Shown piece by piece: positions 48,712-60,921 of a stretch of 64,000 nt of DNA. A program made the translations under genes and the position numbers. Source of the DNA: Dictyostelium discoideum (Eukaryota). The notes beneath the pieces are model-generated. The model was given only the letters and a program-made list of their open reading frames with translations, had not been told where the DNA came from and ran no database searches. Location: positions 4,352,001 to 4,416,000 of the forward strand of contig CM000151.3 in assembly GCA_000004695.1 (NCBI GenBank), in the 5' to 3' direction. The first letter of the stretch is position 1; each line of letters starts with the position of its first letter.

Positions 48712-51700
48712 TTAATAATCTTCATCTTTTTCATTAATTTTTGAAGATTGACTATTAATTTTTTGATTTTGATACATATCAACAACTTGATCAGAACTAG
48801 TTGCATCTTCAGGAGATTTATCAGGACGAATTCTAATGAAACGTGGGAAACGTAAAGCGATACCTTTATTTGGATCCAAAATACCAGATGCAGCTGTATG
48901 AACTGGAGAGATTGATAAATCAGCGGCCAATACCTCCCAAACACAACTTGGAGAGAACCAAACATCAGGTTTAATTGAATCAGAGAAACGGAATTGATTA
49001 CGTGGTTGATTAATTAGATGAGGTTTCAATTGACTGGTAAAAGTAGTCAATTGTTCATCAGAGAAACCAGTACCAATCTTACAGAGTGTTTGGAATTCTT
49101 CATTGTTTTCATCATAACAAGCCAACAAGTAAGCACCATAAGTACCTGTTCTTTTACCTTTACCATACCATGCACCAATGGGTACCAAATCTAAACTATC
49201 GGTCATACCTTGCATATAATCTTTTTTAATCTTTAACCAATTGTAAGAACGACGTGATGGTTCATAGATTGATTTCTCTTTCAAAGTTTTCACCATTAAA
49301 CCTTCACAATTACCCTCGACAGCCTCTTCAAGATAGGATTGAATATCATTTACGTCGGAAATATTTGAATATTTAGCAAAAGCAAATACACCATCGGATG
49401 CAATGAAATTTTCAACTAAATGTTCACGACGTTTGATTAATGGTTCATCAATTAATGATTGACCATTCAAATAGAGTAAATCGAAAGCAAATACACAAAC
49501 TGGTACTTTAATTTGTGACAATTGTACACTTTTTCTTGCTCTAGTCGATAAAACTTGAAATGATAAAATCTTTTTTGTTGCAGCATCAAATGCAACTGCT
49601 TCACAATCTAAAATGAATGATTTCACATTTGGCCCAACGAATTTAGTAACATTTGCAACAATATCTGGATATTTTTGAGTGTAATCCTCTAAATTTCTGG
49701 TATAAATATGAGTGGTACCATCTGGTAAACGATGGATTTGAGCACGTTCACCATCATATTTGAATTCACAAGTAAACTCCATATCAGAGAAACGATCCAA
49801 CATTTGACTGATACCAGTGGTTGGTTGTGCTAACATTGGTTTCACTGGAATACCAACTTTCAATGAACATGTACTCAAAATATTATCAATACCATTCACA
49901 GCAATTAAATGAGGTACAAATAAATCATAATTTGGTAACTGACTATATGCACGAGTTACCTTTGATACAACATTTTGATAACGTTCTTCAAATTCCTCTT
50001 GTTTCATTTGTTTTCTAATATCAAATATCTGTTGACCGCTACCATCAATTGGTGGTGTTACCAATACGGATTTAGCCAATGCCATCAATACTGAACGTTC
50101 GGCTAGACCAATTCTAAGCTTACCTTGCAATGAACGAATGATATAAAGTGTTTCACAATCTTTACATGATACCAATAGTTTCTTTATAAGATCTTTCTTT
50201 TTTTGTTGGCCACCTGTGCCAGAGAGATCAGCAATTTGTTGAAATGTTTTGAACACCGATTGAATGGTCAATGGTGTTGGTTTACCCATTAGAGTTTGAG
50301 TGGATCTACTATTTTGTGCAATTATACCCAAATCACCAACCTCTGTCAACTCTTGTTTAATAACATCCACTGATCTACCAGTGGACTCTGCTAATGATTT
50401 AATTAAAACATGTTCACCAATACCCAACTCTTTAGATTGATAGGATGGACCAATCTTATTGATTGATAAATAAATTGTCATAACCAAATCCTTTGGTGAT
50501 AATAACATAATCGATCTAAATAAATTGGCTAAATGTTCAATAATAATTAATCTTGATGATGTTGATTCCATCATTTCAAAGGTTTTTGCTAATACCATAT
50601 ATGGTACAGCTTCACCTTTTTTCCATTGTGCATCCTCAATTGGTCTATATTTTCCAATAACCTTTAAATCAGCTTGAATAGTTTTTGCATTACCTTTCTT
50701 TTTTGAAATTGGTACTTTTTTAATAAATTTACTTTTAATTTGTGTACTTTTCTTTTCTTCTTCTTCTTCATTTTCACTAATTCCCTCTTCATCTTCTTCT
50801 TCTTCTTCTTCATATTCTTCCTCATCAATATCTTCTAATTTTTCATCATCATCTTCTTCTTCTTCCTCTTCTTCCTCATCATCTTCTTTTTCTTTTTCTT
50901 TTTCTTTTTCTTTTTCTTTTTTAACTTCTACTTTTGTTGCTTCAACTTGTTTTTTTGAAGTTATTACTTCTTTTTCTTCTTTTTTAGATGGACTTGAAAT
51001 TGATTTTGAAGAAATAGTTGTGGCGGTAGAGGTAGTAGTTGTGGTGGTGGTGGTTGTGGTGCTTTGCTTTGCTTCAAGTACAGGTGATGGTTTTTTTGTT
51101 GTTGCTGTTGGTTTATGATCAACTTTTTGTTTTTTATTAGTTTTACTGTTTTTAGATGTTGAGGTTGGTACTGACGATTTAGCTTCAGCATTTGCTCTTT
51201 TAAATAAATCTGAAATATCAATAGTTTCTTTTTTTGGTGAAGTTAATTCCTTTTCTTTTAATTCCTTTTCTTTTAATTCCTTTTCTTTTAATTCCTTTTC
51301 TTTTAATTCCTTTTCTTTTTTCTCTTTTTCTTCTTTTTCTTTCAATTCTTTTTCTTTTTTCTCTTTTTTCTCCTTTTCCTTTTCTTCCTTTTCTTTTTTC
51401 TCTTTTTCTTTTAACTCTTTTTCTTTTTTCTCTTTATCTTTGAGTTCTTTTTCTTTTTCTTTTAGCTCCTTTTCTTTTTTATCTTTTAATTCCTTTTCTT
51501 TTAATTCCTTTTCTTTTAATTCCTTTTCTTTTTTATCTTTTTCTTCTTTTTCTTTTTTTTCTTTTTCTTTCTTTTCTTTTTCCTTTGATTCTTTTTCTTT
51601 TAACTCTTTTTCTTTCTTTTCTTTTTCTTTTTTCTCTTTATCTTTTAAAACTTTTTCTTTATACTCTTTATCTTTTGAAGAAATTGAATCTTTTTCATTA

Positions 51701-52302
51701 TCACTATCATCATCGAGCATATCATCTAAATCATTATCATCAGTTTTATTTTCATCTTCTTCGTCTTCTTCATCGTCATCCATTTTCTTTCTTTTTAATC
51801 TTTTCAAATTATTTGATTGTTTTGAAGATTGTTTTTCAGGTTTTTTAGTTTCTTTATTTTCTATTGTTTTCTTTGAAGAAGATGATGATTTTGATTCTTT
51901 ATTTTCTTTAGTTTTTAATGATTGTTTTTTCTTTTTATTCTTTTCTTTTTCATTTTCATCTAATTCCATTTCTTCTTCACCATTTATATCTTCTTCAATT
52001 TCTTCATCTTGTTGTTGATATTCTTCTTCTTCTTCTTGTTCTTCTTCACCATCTTGTTCTTCTTGTTCTTCTTCTTCTTCTTCTTCCTTATTTTTTTTTG
52101 AACTCTTTCTCTTTGGTTTTGTTTCTTTTTTTTCTTTCTTTTCAACTTTTTCTTTAACCACTGCTTCTCTTTTCTTTTTAGGGGAAGTTTTAAGTTTATT
52201 TAATTCTTGTGCATTACTAATTTTCTTTTCTATATCTTCAATTTCTCCACCTTCTTTCTTTTGTAAGAAACTCCTATAATATATTATGTCAAATTAATTA
52301 AT

Positions 52303-52344
<42 letters not shown>

Positions 52345-52415
52345 GAGTTAGCTTTAAAGTAATTAAAAAATAAAATAAAATAAAAAAATTCTAATTACCA
52401 CATAGAAGATTGCAT
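48712..52415 (-). CDS. lig1: ATP-dependent DNA ligase I with a K/E/D-rich N-terminal region, in 2 exons including a 17-nt first exon
   Basis: The main exon at 52273..48712 contains the adenylation motif CEFKYDGERAQIHRLPDGTTHIYTRNLEDYT, EGLMVKTL, the OB-fold and the conserved C-terminal ligase core. The track ORF begins at an internal GTG. The upstream micro-exon at 52415..52399 is ATGCAATCTTCTATGTG|GTAATT. It joins at tatag|G to give MQSSMWSFLQKKEGG..., which matches the PIP-box-bearing N-terminus of human LIG1 (MQRSIMSFF). Confidence 0.9.
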
Positions 52416-52874
52416 TTTTTTTCTTCTTTTTTATTTAAATTCTAAATATGGTACAAATTGTGTTAATTTATATATATATATATATGTGTGGTGTTAATAT
52501 AGTGCTACAAAAAATGTTTTTTTTTTTTTATTTTTTTTTTTTGTTTTGGAATGGTTTATTAAAAAAAAAGCGGGAAAATTTCAAAAAATAAAAAAAATAA
52601 AAATTAAATGAAATAAAAAACCAAAAGATATTAAATTTATTTATTATTATTATTTATTTATATTTAATATTATTATTTTTCACATTTATGAACATTAATA
52701 TTTATAAATAAATAAATAAATAAATAAATAATAAATCTATTTTATAAAAACAAATTGGGGAAAAAATAAATTAAATGAATAGGTATATATTATCTATTTT
52801 ATTCCTTTATTAATTTTTTTTTTTTTTTTTCTAAAAACTTTTTTAATTATTATAAAACTTTTTATCAGCACTAG

Positions 52875-52986
52875 TTAAAAAGTACCATAAGAATTTAAAG
52901 TTCTTGAAGCCATAATCAACATATCATAAAAACCATTAACAGATCTTCTTAATTCATCTGCGCTATTTGCTGCATATAACCTATAA

Positions 52987-53018
<32 letters not shown>

Positions 53019-53046
53019 TAAAAATCATTATAATATAAATTAATAT

Positions 53047-53082
<36 letters not shown>

Positions 53083-53244
53083 AATTTCTTTTACTTACAC
53101 TGTTAAAACTGAATTATTTATCTTAAAATCTCTAAATATATTTAAATTAATTTCTTTATCTACAATTAATGAGTTCATAATAAATTTTGCATATTGTTCT
53201 TTTTTATAATCAATATCAACTGAACTATAAATTTGTATAAACAT
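52875..53244 (-). CDS. Small (about 83 aa) 2-exon protein of unknown function
   Basis: Exon 1 at 53244..53099 encodes MFIQIYSSVDIDYKKEQYAKFIMNSLIVDKEINLNIFRDFKINNSVLT, ending GT|GTAAGT in phase 2. Exon 2 at 52980..52875 follows tttatag and encodes (V)LYAANSADELRRSVNGFYDMLIMASRTLNSYGTF*. Phase is consistent and the intervening sequence is an AT-rich poly(T)-containing intron. Confidence 0.5.
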
Positions 53245-53263
53245 ATTAATATTTTTTTTTTTT

Positions 53264-53295
<32 letters not shown>

Positions 53296-53594
53296 TTTTT
53301 TAATAAAAAAAAACCCATACTATTTATACAATAAATTATCGGCTGATTTTACTTTCTTATTTTCATCATCTTCATCTGAATAATCATCATCTTCATCTAA
53401 AATGATATCATCTTCTTTCTTTTCTGTTGACATTGTATTGTTGACTAACAAAAATAAAAAATCAAAAAAAAAGATGTGAAATTGTTTTTTACAAAAAAAA
53501 AAAAAAAAAAAAAAAATCAAAGTTTTTTTTTATTTTTTTTTTTTTTTTATTTTTTTTAATTAATTAAAATAAATATTAATTGTTTTTTATAATT

Positions 53595-54197
53595 TTATTT
53601 TTTGGGAATTTCTCTTTTTATTTTTACAATTCTAAAAGTTGTTTGATTTGATTTTAAAGATTCATTAAAGAATGGTAAAGTATTTCCAGCTTTTGAACCA
53701 AGACCAATTGATAAGGCACCATCTTCAATCTTTGTTTGAATTGATTTACAATGTTCAATTAATTCAATTGGACAAGTGAATTCGACAATAGTTGATGGAT
53801 TAGTGTCTGTCCATTTTTTACCAGTTAAATATTTATTTGCATATTGTCTGCCATTTGAACCTTCGATTATAGCTTGATAAGGTTGAGTGTCTGGTAAAAA
53901 TCCATTATCAATAAGGAATTTACATTCTATATCACCCATTGGTCTATATACATTGATTTTACCTTTTATCGGTATTGATGATAATGCTTCTAACCAAACA
54001 CTACTACTACCCCTATGAGTTATATTCTTTAATTCCCCTGAATCCAATAATTCTTTTTCATATTGTTTTAAATATTTTAATCCTTTTCCAATTGGTTCTG
54101 CTCTTTCTAATGATTTTAAAAATTCTTTTTCATTTTCTTTAAATATTATTTCTTCTTCTTTTTCTTTTTCTTCTTCTTTTTTTTTATTATTACTCAT
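53595..54197 (-). CDS. Hypothetical 200-aa protein with a K/E-rich N-terminus; no confidently recognisable domain
   Basis: ATG at 54197, TAA at 53595. Globular C-terminal part ...VYRPMGDIECKFLIDNGFLPDTQPYQAIIEGSNGRQYANKYL...NPSTIVEFTCPIELIEHC.... Confidence 0.5.
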   Translation of the reverse strand: MSNNKKKEEEKEKEEEIIFKENEKEFLKSLERAEPIGKGLKYLKQYEKELLDSGELKNITHRGSSSVWLEALSSIPIKGKINVYRPMGDIECKFLIDNGFLPDTQPYQAIIEGSNGRQYANKYLTGKKWTDTNPSTIVEFTCPIELIEHCKSIQTKIEDGALSIGLGSKAGNTLPFFNESLKSNQTTFRIVKIKREIPKK

Positions 54198-54974
54198 ATT
54201 TTAAAATTAAATCTATAATATATTGTTTTTTCATTTTTTATTAAATAAAAAAAAAAAAAAAAAATTATAAAAAAAAATTAAAAAAAATAAAAAAAAAAGT
54301 GAAAAAAAAAAAGAATAAGAAAAATATAAGAAAAATTATTTATTTAAATAAAAAAAGATACAGTAACTATTATTTAATATTTTATTTTATTGTATTTTTT
54401 ATTAATTTTAAAGTTCTATTTTAAATTTTTTTTTTCTTTTTTTTTTAATTTAATTTAATTAATTTCAATTTTTTTTTTTTTATTTTTTTTTTTTTCTTAA
54501 TAATATTTCCCATTACCATCTTTAGAAATAAATTTAGGTACTGTTATTTAATTTTTTAAAAAAAAATAATTAATTTAAATTAATTTATTTCGAAAAAAAA
54601 AATGGTAGATCTTTGCATCAAAATTTTAATTAGAAGGTGGGCATAAAAATGTGTGGTTCTCATTAAAAAGAGAATGATAAAAATTGATAATTTCTGAAAA
54701 AAGTGAAAATTCAAGACAAATTTAGTCAGAAACAGATCTCATTTGAAAAAATTTTAATTTATTTTTATTTTTTTTTTATTTTTTTTTTTTAATTTATTTT
54801 TTATTTTTTTTATTTATTTTTTTTATTTAATTTTTTATTTTATTTTTTTTTTACTCTTTATTTTTTTTATTTTTTATTTCATTTATTTTTTATTTTTTTT
54901 TTTTGAGCAAATATATGTACAAAAAAAAATAGTTTAACAAGGAAAAAAAAAATATATATAAAAATAAATTAGCA

Positions 54975-56642
54975 ATGGGAATTGAGGATAATTCACAGCA
55001 ACCCAACACTGGTAGCCCATATGGACAATCACCACCATCACAATATAATCCATATGGACAACAACCACCACAACAACAACAATATAATCCATATGGAGAA
55101 CAACAACAGCAACCACAACAACAACAACAATATGGATACCAACCACAATTTCAGCCTACATATCAACAACCACCACCACAACCACAATATTATAGTCAAG
55201 CACAAATGCCATTTCCCCCACAACAACAACAACCACCACCAATTACAAATTTAAATAAAGCAAATGACCGTGAATCATTAATTGGTGGTGTTGGTGGTGG
55301 TGGTATACCACCAAATAATAATCAAACAATGGTTGGTAGTTATAATGAAGGTGAAACCAAATTTGCACCACCAAAATATCAAGATATTTGGTTTTCAATT
55401 TTATTTGGGTTAAATTTTGGTTTATTAATAGTTGTTTCAGCATCAGCATTTGCCAAAACCCCTTATACATACTATGATAGTAATTATTACGATAATACAT
55501 CTGGTGGTTCATTTGGTTTCCTATTTGCAATCTTACCATTTACAATTGTATTTTCACTTCTTTACATTTGGGCATGGTTAAAGTTAGCAGCCAATCATGC
55601 AGAATCATTAATTAAATACTCCTTTTTTGGAGCCATGGGATTAATGATTGGTTATTGCGTATTCTTTTTCGTTTGGGGTGCTATTTACTTGGGTATAATC
55701 TTTGCAATTATGGCATTCTTTATCATTTTATTCTACATTTCATGCCGTTCACGTATACCATTCACTGCCACTTTATTATCAAATGCAGTCGCCATCATTA
55801 AAGAATATCCATCAGTCATTAGAGCAGGTTACGTTTCAATATTTATCAATTTCGTTTGGTTCATCGTTTGGGGTAGTGCTTTTGCTAGAGTCAATATGGT
55901 TTACACTGGTGCAATTCAAACTTGTATCAACATTTACTTGGTTTTCACATTGTATTGGGTATTCCATGTCATAAAGAATACCCTACATACAACTGTTAGT
56001 GGTTTATTGGCAACTTGGTATTTCTGTTCAGGTCCAAACGGTGTAGGTATGCCACATAATCCAACACTTGGCTCCGCTAGAAGAGCTTTAACCACTTCAT
56101 TTGGATCAATTTGTTTTGGTTCTTTAATCATCTCACTCATTGAAACTCTAAGATACCTTAGTCAAATGATGATCAATAATAGAAATGTTGTTGTAAAGAT
56201 TATCGGTTACATATTTAATTGTATCCTTTCAATGTTATCATCGATCGTACAATTCTTTAATACCTATGCATTCACTCATGTCGCCATATATGGCAAATCA
56301 TTTTGTGATTCTGCAAAATCAACATTTACAATGTTTGAAAATCGTTTAGGTTCAACAATTATCAATGACAACTTTGTTGGTACAACCATTGCCATCGGTG
56401 GTTTAGTTGCATCTCTTTTATTATCAATTTTGGGTGCTCTAATTTCAATTCCATTCGATATGTCAGTCTATGGTGGTGCATTAGCTTTATTCATTGGTTA
56501 CTTGGTTATCATTACAAACTTGGAAGTAGTTTATAGTTCAACAATATCATTATTTGTTTGTTATGTTATGGAACCAGAAGTTTTAGCTCATACAAAACCA
56601 CAATTGTATCAACTCTATTCTTCAACTTATCATTTAAGATAA
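54975..56642 (+). CDS. Choline-transporter-like (CTL/SLC44/Pns1 family) multi-pass membrane protein with a Q/P/Y-rich N-terminus
   Basis: Single 555-aa ORF with about 10 predicted transmembrane helices. Family motif ...SFGSICFGSLIISLIETLRYL... matches the conserved CTL segment (FGSLCFGALILAIVQ.LR). Confidence 0.8.
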   Translation: MGIEDNSQQPNTGSPYGQSPPSQYNPYGQQPPQQQQYNPYGEQQQQPQQQQQYGYQPQFQPTYQQPPPQPQYYSQAQMPFPPQQQQPPPITNLNKANDRESLIGGVGGGGIPPNNNQTMVGSYNEGETKFAPPKYQDIWFSILFGLNFGLLIVVSASAFAKTPYTYYDSNYYDNTSGGSFGFLFAILPFTIVFSLLYIWAWLKLAANHAESLIKYSFFGAMGLMIGYCVFFFVWGAIYLGIIFAIMAFFIILFYISCRSRIPFTATLLSNAVAIIKEYPSVIRAGYVSIFINFVWFIVWGSAFARVNMVYTGAIQTCINIYLVFTLYWVFHVIKNTLHTTVSGLLATWYFCSGPNGVGMPHNPTLGSARRALTTSFGSICFGSLIISLIETLRYLSQMMINNRNVVVKIIGYIFNCILSMLSSIVQFFNTYAFTHVAIYGKSFCDSAKSTFTMFENRLGSTIINDNFVGTTIAIGGLVASLLLSILGALISIPFDMSVYGGALALFIGYLVIITNLEVVYSSTISLFVCYVMEPEVLAHTKPQLYQLYSSTYHLR

Positions 56643-56798
56643 ATCATTTTTAATTAAAAAAAAAAAATTAAAAAAAAAAATAAAAAAATAAAAAAAAAAA
56701 AATAATAATTATAATTATAATAAAAATATCTAAAATTAAATTATCAAAATCATTACTAAATTATTTATTTCTTTAATAATTTTATTATTATTTATTTT

Positions 56799-58262
56799 TT
56801 AATTATTAAAAACTATTGAAGAAATTAAAGCAATTTCCATTTCTCTAGCTTCAGTAACACCAGGTAAATCATCAGGTTTTGGTGGATAAAGTGCAGAACA
56901 ATGACTTCCACCTTGGATTAAGAAAACTTGAGATTCACTATTTGGTGGTGATTGAACCGATAATACAGACCATGGATCAATAGTACCTCTTTCATAGATT
57001 ACATTTGTGGCTTGAATATTTGTACCACCATAATCATTTAAAATATATTGAATTGCAGGTTGATAAACAAAACCTTTTGGTCCAAAGATATCAGTACACA
57101 TTTGTGTGAAATATTCCAATGTGATTGCACTTGAAAATGGTTGATTTTGAGATGAACCAGTTTGCCAATACCCATATTCAGTACAACATTGCCAATTCCA
57201 AGAACGTGAACTTGCATTGGCACTCTTATAATTTGATGATTGTAAATATTGTATAGATTTTTCATAGCTTGATAATGTACATTGTGAACCTGAGAATTGG
57301 TTATACTCATTATTGAAATCAATGAATTCTTTCATTGGATCTGAGGATTGCTCAAATCTTTCGCACATTGCTGTGATATTGGTGAATGTGTAATTATTAT
57401 TATCGAGATTGTATTGCACTGTCTCGGTGATACCACTCGAGAGGGATTCCATAAAGGTTGCAATATCCAATTTTGAAACTATTGGATCACATGCACTAAA
57501 CATTTGTTGAACTTGATCATTTTGACCATTGTTTAACATTGTGGTCACAGTTTGGGTGATGTTTGAAACGATGGCACTGCAAGTTGGACCGATCGATTGA
57601 GAAACCACTTCGAAATATTCTGGAAAATCTAATTGCGCTTTAACAGGTGCCGATGTTGCAATGGCTGCAGAAATGAGTTGAGGGTATTTCAATCTTAACC
57701 AACCACTGAGATTACCACTGTAACTGCCGCCAAAGCTAATCCATTTACTGCTTCCAGTATTGTATTTTTGGGTGAGGAATGGCACGAATGCTGCATAGTC
57801 GGCTAAGGCTTGTTGGGTGGTTAAATATTTTAAATTCTCTAATGATAAACTACCCATTGGTATACTGTCACCGTAGAATCTATGCTCGATAGCTACTAAT
57901 AATGCGTTGAATTTTTGGGCGTATTGGTTGAATACGAAATGACCTGTGACATAACTTGCCCCAACTGGACCCTCACCACCTAAGATATAGAATACTGGTG
58001 AACCTGGTGTATAATAAGTATCATTCACATAAAACTTTTGTTTAAATGTGTTTCTATTTTGTGGGTCGTAATGATCAACTCTATTGGTAAACCATTGAAC
58101 TGGTGGATCGTTTGGATTCACTCTTCTATCACTCGATGGTCTTGAATCAAATCCTGGAACTCTATGTTTTAATCCTTTATTAAGTGGTGAATCATGATTT
58201 CTATGTCCATTAATTATTCCTATAAAAAATAATAAACTTAAAATTATAAAAATAATTTTCAT
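56799..58262 (-). CDS. Secreted serine carboxypeptidase of the S28 family (lysosomal Pro-X carboxypeptidase / DPP7-like)
   Basis: Signal peptide MKIIFIILSLLFFIGIING. FYILGGEGP..., then WISFGGSYSGNLSGWLRLKYPQL (catalytic Ser in GGSYSG), and the S28-typical C-terminal half. Single exon. Confidence 0.85.
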   Translation of the reverse strand: MKIIFIILSLLFFIGIINGHRNHDSPLNKGLKHRVPGFDSRPSSDRRVNPNDPPVQWFTNRVDHYDPQNRNTFKQKFYVNDTYYTPGSPVFYILGGEGPVGASYVTGHFVFNQYAQKFNALLVAIEHRFYGDSIPMGSLSLENLKYLTTQQALADYAAFVPFLTQKYNTGSSKWISFGGSYSGNLSGWLRLKYPQLISAAIATSAPVKAQLDFPEYFEVVSQSIGPTCSAIVSNITQTVTTMLNNGQNDQVQQMFSACDPIVSKLDIATFMESLSSGITETVQYNLDNNNYTFTNITAMCERFEQSSDPMKEFIDFNNEYNQFSGSQCTLSSYEKSIQYLQSSNYKSANASSRSWNWQCCTEYGYWQTGSSQNQPFSSAITLEYFTQMCTDIFGPKGFVYQPAIQYILNDYGGTNIQATNVIYERGTIDPWSVLSVQSPPNSESQVFLIQGGSHCSALYPPKPDDLPGVTEAREMEIALISSIVFNN

Positions 58263-58879
58263 TTTTATTATATTTTTAAAAATAAAATAAAATAAAATAA
58301 ATAAATTAAATTAAAAAAAAAAAAAAAAAACAAAAAACAAAAAACAATGGAAAAATGTGATCAAAAAAAAAAAAAAAAATTCGAATTGTTTTTTTTTTTT
58401 TTTTTTTTTTTTTTTGTTTTTATTTTTATTTTTATTTTTGTTTATTTATTTATTTATTTTTTGTTTATTTTTATTTTTTATTTTTATTTTTTTGTTTTTA
58501 TTTTTATTTTTATTTTTTTTTTATTTTTTTTTTTTTTTTGATAAAAACAAACTAGCAATTTTATTATTTATCTTAAAAATATAAATTAATTTATTTTTAA
58601 AAAACATTTCATTTTTATAAAAGGAAAAAAAAGAATAATTTTTTAAAAATAAAAAAATAAAAATTTATTAAAAATAGTCTTTTTAAAAATGTCATATATC
58701 TAAAAATATTACGATTAATGTGTTGTTGGGTGGTGGTTGGTGTGGTGTGGGGGTGTACTTGTTACAATAATTTTATTCATTTTTATTTAATCGTAATTAT
58801 AATGATATATCATGTTTTTTTTTTTTTAAAATCTAAATACAAAATTAGATATATTTTGTATAAATTTGGTGAAGGTTTT

Positions 58880-58932
<53 letters not shown>

Positions 58933-59502
58933 AACATAGAGATTTTTATTTTTATATAGACATTTCTTTTATTTTTAGAATAATACCAATTTATAAATTA
59001 TTGAAGATGTATGAGTTTAAATTCTTAAAGAATTAAGTAAAAAAAAAAAAAAAAAAAAAAAAACAGTTATTATTTGGGAATAAAAATGATTATTTTATTA
59101 CCAAATAATAAAAATCACTTAATTTAAAAAAATAAAACAAAAAACTAAAGTAAAAAAAAAAAGGATTGGAAAAAAAAAAAAAAAAAAAAAAAAGAACTAA
59201 TTAAGAAAAAAAAAAAAGATTAATAACGCGATGAAATTTTCATATGTTGTGATGATAATAGTGAAATGATTTTTATTTTATTTTATATTTTTTTTTTTTT
59301 TTTTTTTTTTTAAGCAAAGACCAATCTGCCTGATCATCAACATCCACTAACTCCAAAATATCTTTTGAATTTCATCACGAAATTGAATTTTTTTTTTTTT
59401 TTTATTTTTTAAAAAATCAAATTTCTTTGAAAAAATACACAAATTAATTATGTAAAAAAAAACCCTATTTTGTATGTCATAATACAAATTTCAAATAAAA
59501 AA

Positions 59503-59534
<32 letters not shown>

Positions 59535-59950
59535 AAGTATTTATTATTGTTTTGGAAATCAAATAAAATTTTTTTTTTTTTTTTTTTTAATAAAAAATAC
59601 ATTTGTTTCAATAGAAAAATTTTTGGGTATGTTCACCCCCTACACATTCCGTTTAATTTAATATTTTTTTATTTTAATTTTTTTTTTTTTAATTAATTTT
59701 TTTTTTTTTTTTTTAATAATAAATAAAAAAAAAATAATAACAAAAAAAAATAAAAAATAAAAAAAAAAAAAAAAAACATTTATTATTCACATTTATTAAA
59801 TACTTTTATTGTTAAAATTAAAAAAAATATTTTACTAATAATAATTTTATAATATATTATAAAAAAAAAAAAAAAAAAAGAAATTTAAAACCTTCACCAA
59901 ATTAATTAATAAATATATTTACATATATAAATAAAAATTAAAAAATAAAG

Positions 59951-60526
59951 ATGGAACATGGAAATTCATTGTGGGGATTAAGAGATTGTGTACCAATGTT
60001 AAAAGGTATTGCATTAATTGGTGGATCAATGTTTGCAGGTATTAGTATTTATATTCAAACTGTCGAACATCCAGCTCGTTCAACATTACCAACTGAATTT
60101 GCAGTTAATGAATGGCGTGAAAGTTTTAAAAAGGCCGCTCCATTACAATCTTCTCTTGCTGCAGTTTCTGGTATCGCTTCGTTGCTTACTTTTGGCTCCA
60201 TTGCAAAGGCATCCTGCAAGACAATCAACAAAGTAATCGTCAAAGCCACAGAAGATTCAGTTCGTCATTGTTGCCAATGTAATGGTTTAGGTTGGTTGCT
60301 AAGTGGTGGTTTAATGCTTTCCATTATTCCATTCACTTTATTAGCCATTATGCCAGTTAATAAGAAATTACAATCCAAAGAACTTGATACCTTTGCTGAT
60401 GATACTCGTCAATTATTAGCTCAATGGGGTGAATTACATTCAGTTCGTTCAGTTCTTTCACTCTCTGCGGTTGCAATTATGGGTTACAAAATCTTTAGAC
60501 ACTCCCATTTGTTAATTAAATCTTAA
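59951..60526 (+). CDS. DUF1772 (anthrone-oxygenase-like) family protein with four transmembrane helices
   Basis: 191-aa single-exon ORF of noticeably higher GC (about 37%) than its surroundings. Transmembrane helices IALIGGSMFAGISIYI, LAAVSGIASLLTFG, LGWLLSGGLMLSIIPFTLLAIMPV and SVLSLSAVAIMGY. Conserved C-terminal W-x-x-L-H-x-V-R motif (LLAQWGELHSVRSV). Codon choice (CGT, GGT, CCA, GCT) matches high-expression usage. Confidence 0.7.
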   Translation: MEHGNSLWGLRDCVPMLKGIALIGGSMFAGISIYIQTVEHPARSTLPTEFAVNEWRESFKKAAPLQSSLAAVSGIASLLTFGSIAKASCKTINKVIVKATEDSVRHCCQCNGLGWLLSGGLMLSIIPFTLLAIMPVNKKLQSKELDTFADDTRQLLAQWGELHSVRSVLSLSAVAIMGYKIFRHSHLLIKS

Positions 60527-60701
60527 AAACATGTTATCATTAAGATGAAATTACTTTCATAATCATTACCAATTTAAATTTTAAAATGATATTTTATAAA
60601 ATAAAAAATAAAATAAAATAATATATATAATTACAAAAATTACAAATAGAAAATAAATAAATAAATAAATAAAAAAAATTACAAAAAGTAATTTCAGTTA
60701 T

Positions 60702-60733
<32 letters not shown>

Positions 60734-60820
60734 CTTTATTTTTTTTTTTTTTTTTAAAAATGTTATAAAAAAGAAAATGATTAGATTTTATTTTATCTTT
60801 TTTTTTTTTCTAGGTTTTGT

Positions 60821-60892
<72 letters not shown>

Positions 60893-60921
60893 TTTAATTT
60901 CGGCTTTGATCAACTGGTTGC

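Noticed and set aside
51234-52157. Several plus-strand ORFs (51234..51443, 51440..52018, 51585..51848, 51918..52157) encoding F/S/L-rich peptides
   Set aside because: They are antisense to the K/E-rich low-complexity N-terminal region of DNA ligase I; repeat-driven open frames, not genes.
53320-53433. 37-aa acidic ORF MSTEKKEDDIILDEDDDYSDEDDENKKVKSADNLLYK
   Set aside because: Too short, with no supporting splice partner in phase; possibly an upstream exon or a uORF, but unsupported.
55038-55539. Minus- and plus-strand ORFs overlapping the start of the CTL-like transporter gene
   Set aside because: Alternative frames of the Q/P/Y-rich N-terminal repeat region; the long plus-strand ORF encodes a bona fide polytopic transporter.
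58347-58927. Poly-Phe ORFs
   Set aside because: Translations of poly(T) and (TTTTA)n intergenic tracts.
60018-60249. Overlapping sense and antisense ORFs inside the DUF1772 gene
   Set aside because: By-products of the locally elevated GC content; the 191-aa frame carries the transmembrane helices and family motif.
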